A stretch of DNA of 64,000 bases from NCBI GenBank assembly GCA_028534125.1, contig CM052817.1, positions 11,968,001 through 12,032,000 on the forward strand, written 5' to 3'. The position numbers were made by a program, and so were the translations under genes. How positions within the stretch are numbered: position 1 is the first letter of the stretch; every line of letters begins with the position of its first letter. Origin of the DNA: Lama glama (Eukaryota). This document shows, in pieces, positions 61,816-64,000 of this stretch. Below the pieces are notes generated by a model. That model saw only the letters and a program-made list of their open reading frames with translations. It did no database searches and had not been told where the DNA came from.

Positions 61816-62394
61816 TACAGAACATAGATGCCGATACTTGAAAAATATTTTTTGGTCAATTACATGGTACAGTATTAATTTTTTTCCAGGAGTAATATCC
61901 AGACCTATTCTGTTGGCTTTGGAAAGTATAAAGAACCTGGCAGTTGAGCTCTTGTTTTCATAGAGATTATCAGAATGACTGTGGCTTGTGGCTGGATAAG
62001 TCAGTGCACCTGCTGTACTGAGTAAGTAGAAAGCTTTTGGGAAGCGCAGTAATGTGGCTCTATACTTGCATCCGTAAATGATATGGCTAAAAAATTCTAG
62101 GAGGTTTAATTTCTGCCAGAGTTCCTGTGACAAATAAACCAGTAGATTTTTAAAGCAGCATGTAAACAAATCTAAAAGAGATCTATAATTAGTTGTTACT
62201 GCATATGGATTTTAGTAAAAATTAGATGAAATGCATCAAGGTGACCAAGAGTTCATTGCTAGTGTTTGTCTGCAAAGCGACATTTCTGTTCTTAAGGTTT
62301 TAGACAGTTTTTAATATAATACAATATAAATCCCTTGACTGCCATAATGGCTTCTTCTATGGTATTGAATACGGAAAACTAATGGACAGAGAGG

Positions 62395-62900
62395 CCATTT
62401 TTACAACTTTGCATTGACGTACAACATATTACAGAAAAATGCACATATCATATGTCCAGTTCAATGTATTCTCACAAATTAAACACATCTGTGTCAACAG
62501 CACTTAAATCAAGGGGTGGAGAGTCACCAGAAGCCCGCTCATGCCCATTTTAGGTTAAAACTCACCTCAAGGGTTAACTTTACCCTCACTTCTAACACTA
62601 TACACCGGTTTTGCCTGCTTTTAGTTACTCTTCTGTGTCTTTTTGCTCAACTTTATGTCTGTGATTCATCCATGTTTTTGTGTTGTGTGATTTGTTCCTC
62701 CTTGTAGCTGCAAAGTATTCTATTGGGTGAGTATCTAACTTTTATTTATTCTACTGCTGAAGTGCATTTGTGCAGTTTCCAGATTGAGGCTATTACAAAT
62801 AGTGTTCCAATGGACATTCTATTACATGCTTTTATTGAGCATATATGTAGATAGATACACATTTCTCATCCCTTTTGCACAGTGGAATTATTTTGTATAT
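62395..62900 (-). mobile_element. Old L1ME/L1MB 3' fragment
   Basis: tacagaaaaatgcacatatc...cagttcaatgtattctcacaaa..aacacatctgtgt...gtttccagattgaggctattacaaatagtg. Confidence 0.85.
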
Positions 62901-64000
62901 ACTTACTAAGCCTGTGTGAAAGGGATTTTCTTCCTTTAATGTATCATTTCTTGTTTAGAATAAGAGAATAATTCATTTGGAATTATTCTTGATAATGAAT
63001 TTTAAAAAATCCTTTGTCATAGACTCATTAAATCTCACACTTAGAAGAACTGCAGACTCATCTCCAGGATTAATTTGATGGATGTGTCTCTTCTCTAATA
63101 TTCTCAACAAAGAGGCAACTATCTTCAGTTTATTTACCTTTATGATAAAGAAACTCACTTTCTGAAAAGGAAGCTACTTCAATTTTCACAATGCTCAAAT
63201 ATTTAGAAAGTTATTTCTTATATTAAGCTGAAATACAGTTTAGTAAACCTTTTGATACTAGATCTACTCTCAGTAGTCCTACAGATTTGAGCTTAATTTC
63301 TCTTCTGTATGATGATCTTATACATATTGAAAGACAGCCATTGTACCTTTCAAAAAAAAAGCCATTTTCCTCTTTTTTTTTGTATTGGTTAATTGTTTCT
63401 ATATTCTTCACAATTATGTGAAAATTACATCAATGTAGTCTAGTCTGTCACCATCTCTTTTAAATATTGATGCCCATTTTAAAAAAAGAGAAAGGGAGAG
63501 AGACTGGAAAGCTGATGCAAAAATAATCAATAAATGTTATTTCTGTAAGCTAGGACAGCATATAACTTAAATTTTTTTTTTGGTCTATATTTTCCTTAGC
63601 ACAAATCCAGTGTGAATAGAACACAGCTATTTTCCTTCTTGTACTGAACTAATTTTTCTATGAACATAGGTTAATTATGTCACTTATTCTTGGCAAACAC
63701 ATTTAATTATCATATCATACGTGAGGCATAATCAATGAAACACTTGTGGTAACTTTCACTTTTTCATTCAATGTTTTTAAATATCTTCTGACCAAATAGC
63801 ATGAGTTATCTGAGTCCCTGTTCTTAAGGCGCATGCAGCTGGTGAAGGAGGTAGATGCATGTACATCCCAGTATAAAACTATGATAATAGTTGCCACATG
63901 GATGACCACAAAGTAGCACATAAAACAAGCACGCAACCCATTTCAAAGACTTTCATGGAATACTGAGCCTTGGAGTAATGTAAAGTAAAGCCCCAGGCCT

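Noticed and set aside
1..64000. ORF track entries as host genes, or a novel multi-gene system
   Set aside because: The ORFs are short, many start at non-ATG codons, and they overlap repeats. The only recognisable peptides are L1, L2 and ERVL relics. I see no operon, CRISPR array or exon chain.

Overview
This is AT-rich mammalian non-coding DNA (intergenic or deep intronic), most likely from a camelid, because it carries two tRNA-Ala-derived Vic-1-type SINEs and lineage-type L1/ERV1 copies. I recognise no host protein-coding exon, RNA gene, or prokaryotic-type system. The window is a mosaic of decayed transposable elements: MIR, L2, old L1M, hAT MERs, MaLR/ERVL/ERV1 LTRs and a 2.2-kb ERVL pol/dUTPase relic. 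It also holds a few young insertions (two solo ERV1 LTRs with perfect 4-bp TSDs, a 5'-truncated L1 next to a 500-N gap, and a ~100-bp L1 tail with a 13-bp TSD) and several repeat-free blocks that look like cis-regulatory DNA. The best leads are (1) three clustered TGGG->TAGG Trp-to-stop changes in the young L1, resembling APOBEC3 editing, and (2) a ~3.5-kb TE-free block with a consensus CTCF site, dense TF motifs and a CpG-retaining patch. I cannot support a novel biological system from this sequence. Repeat family names come from recalled consensus sequences and boundaries are approximate unless a TSD is quoted.
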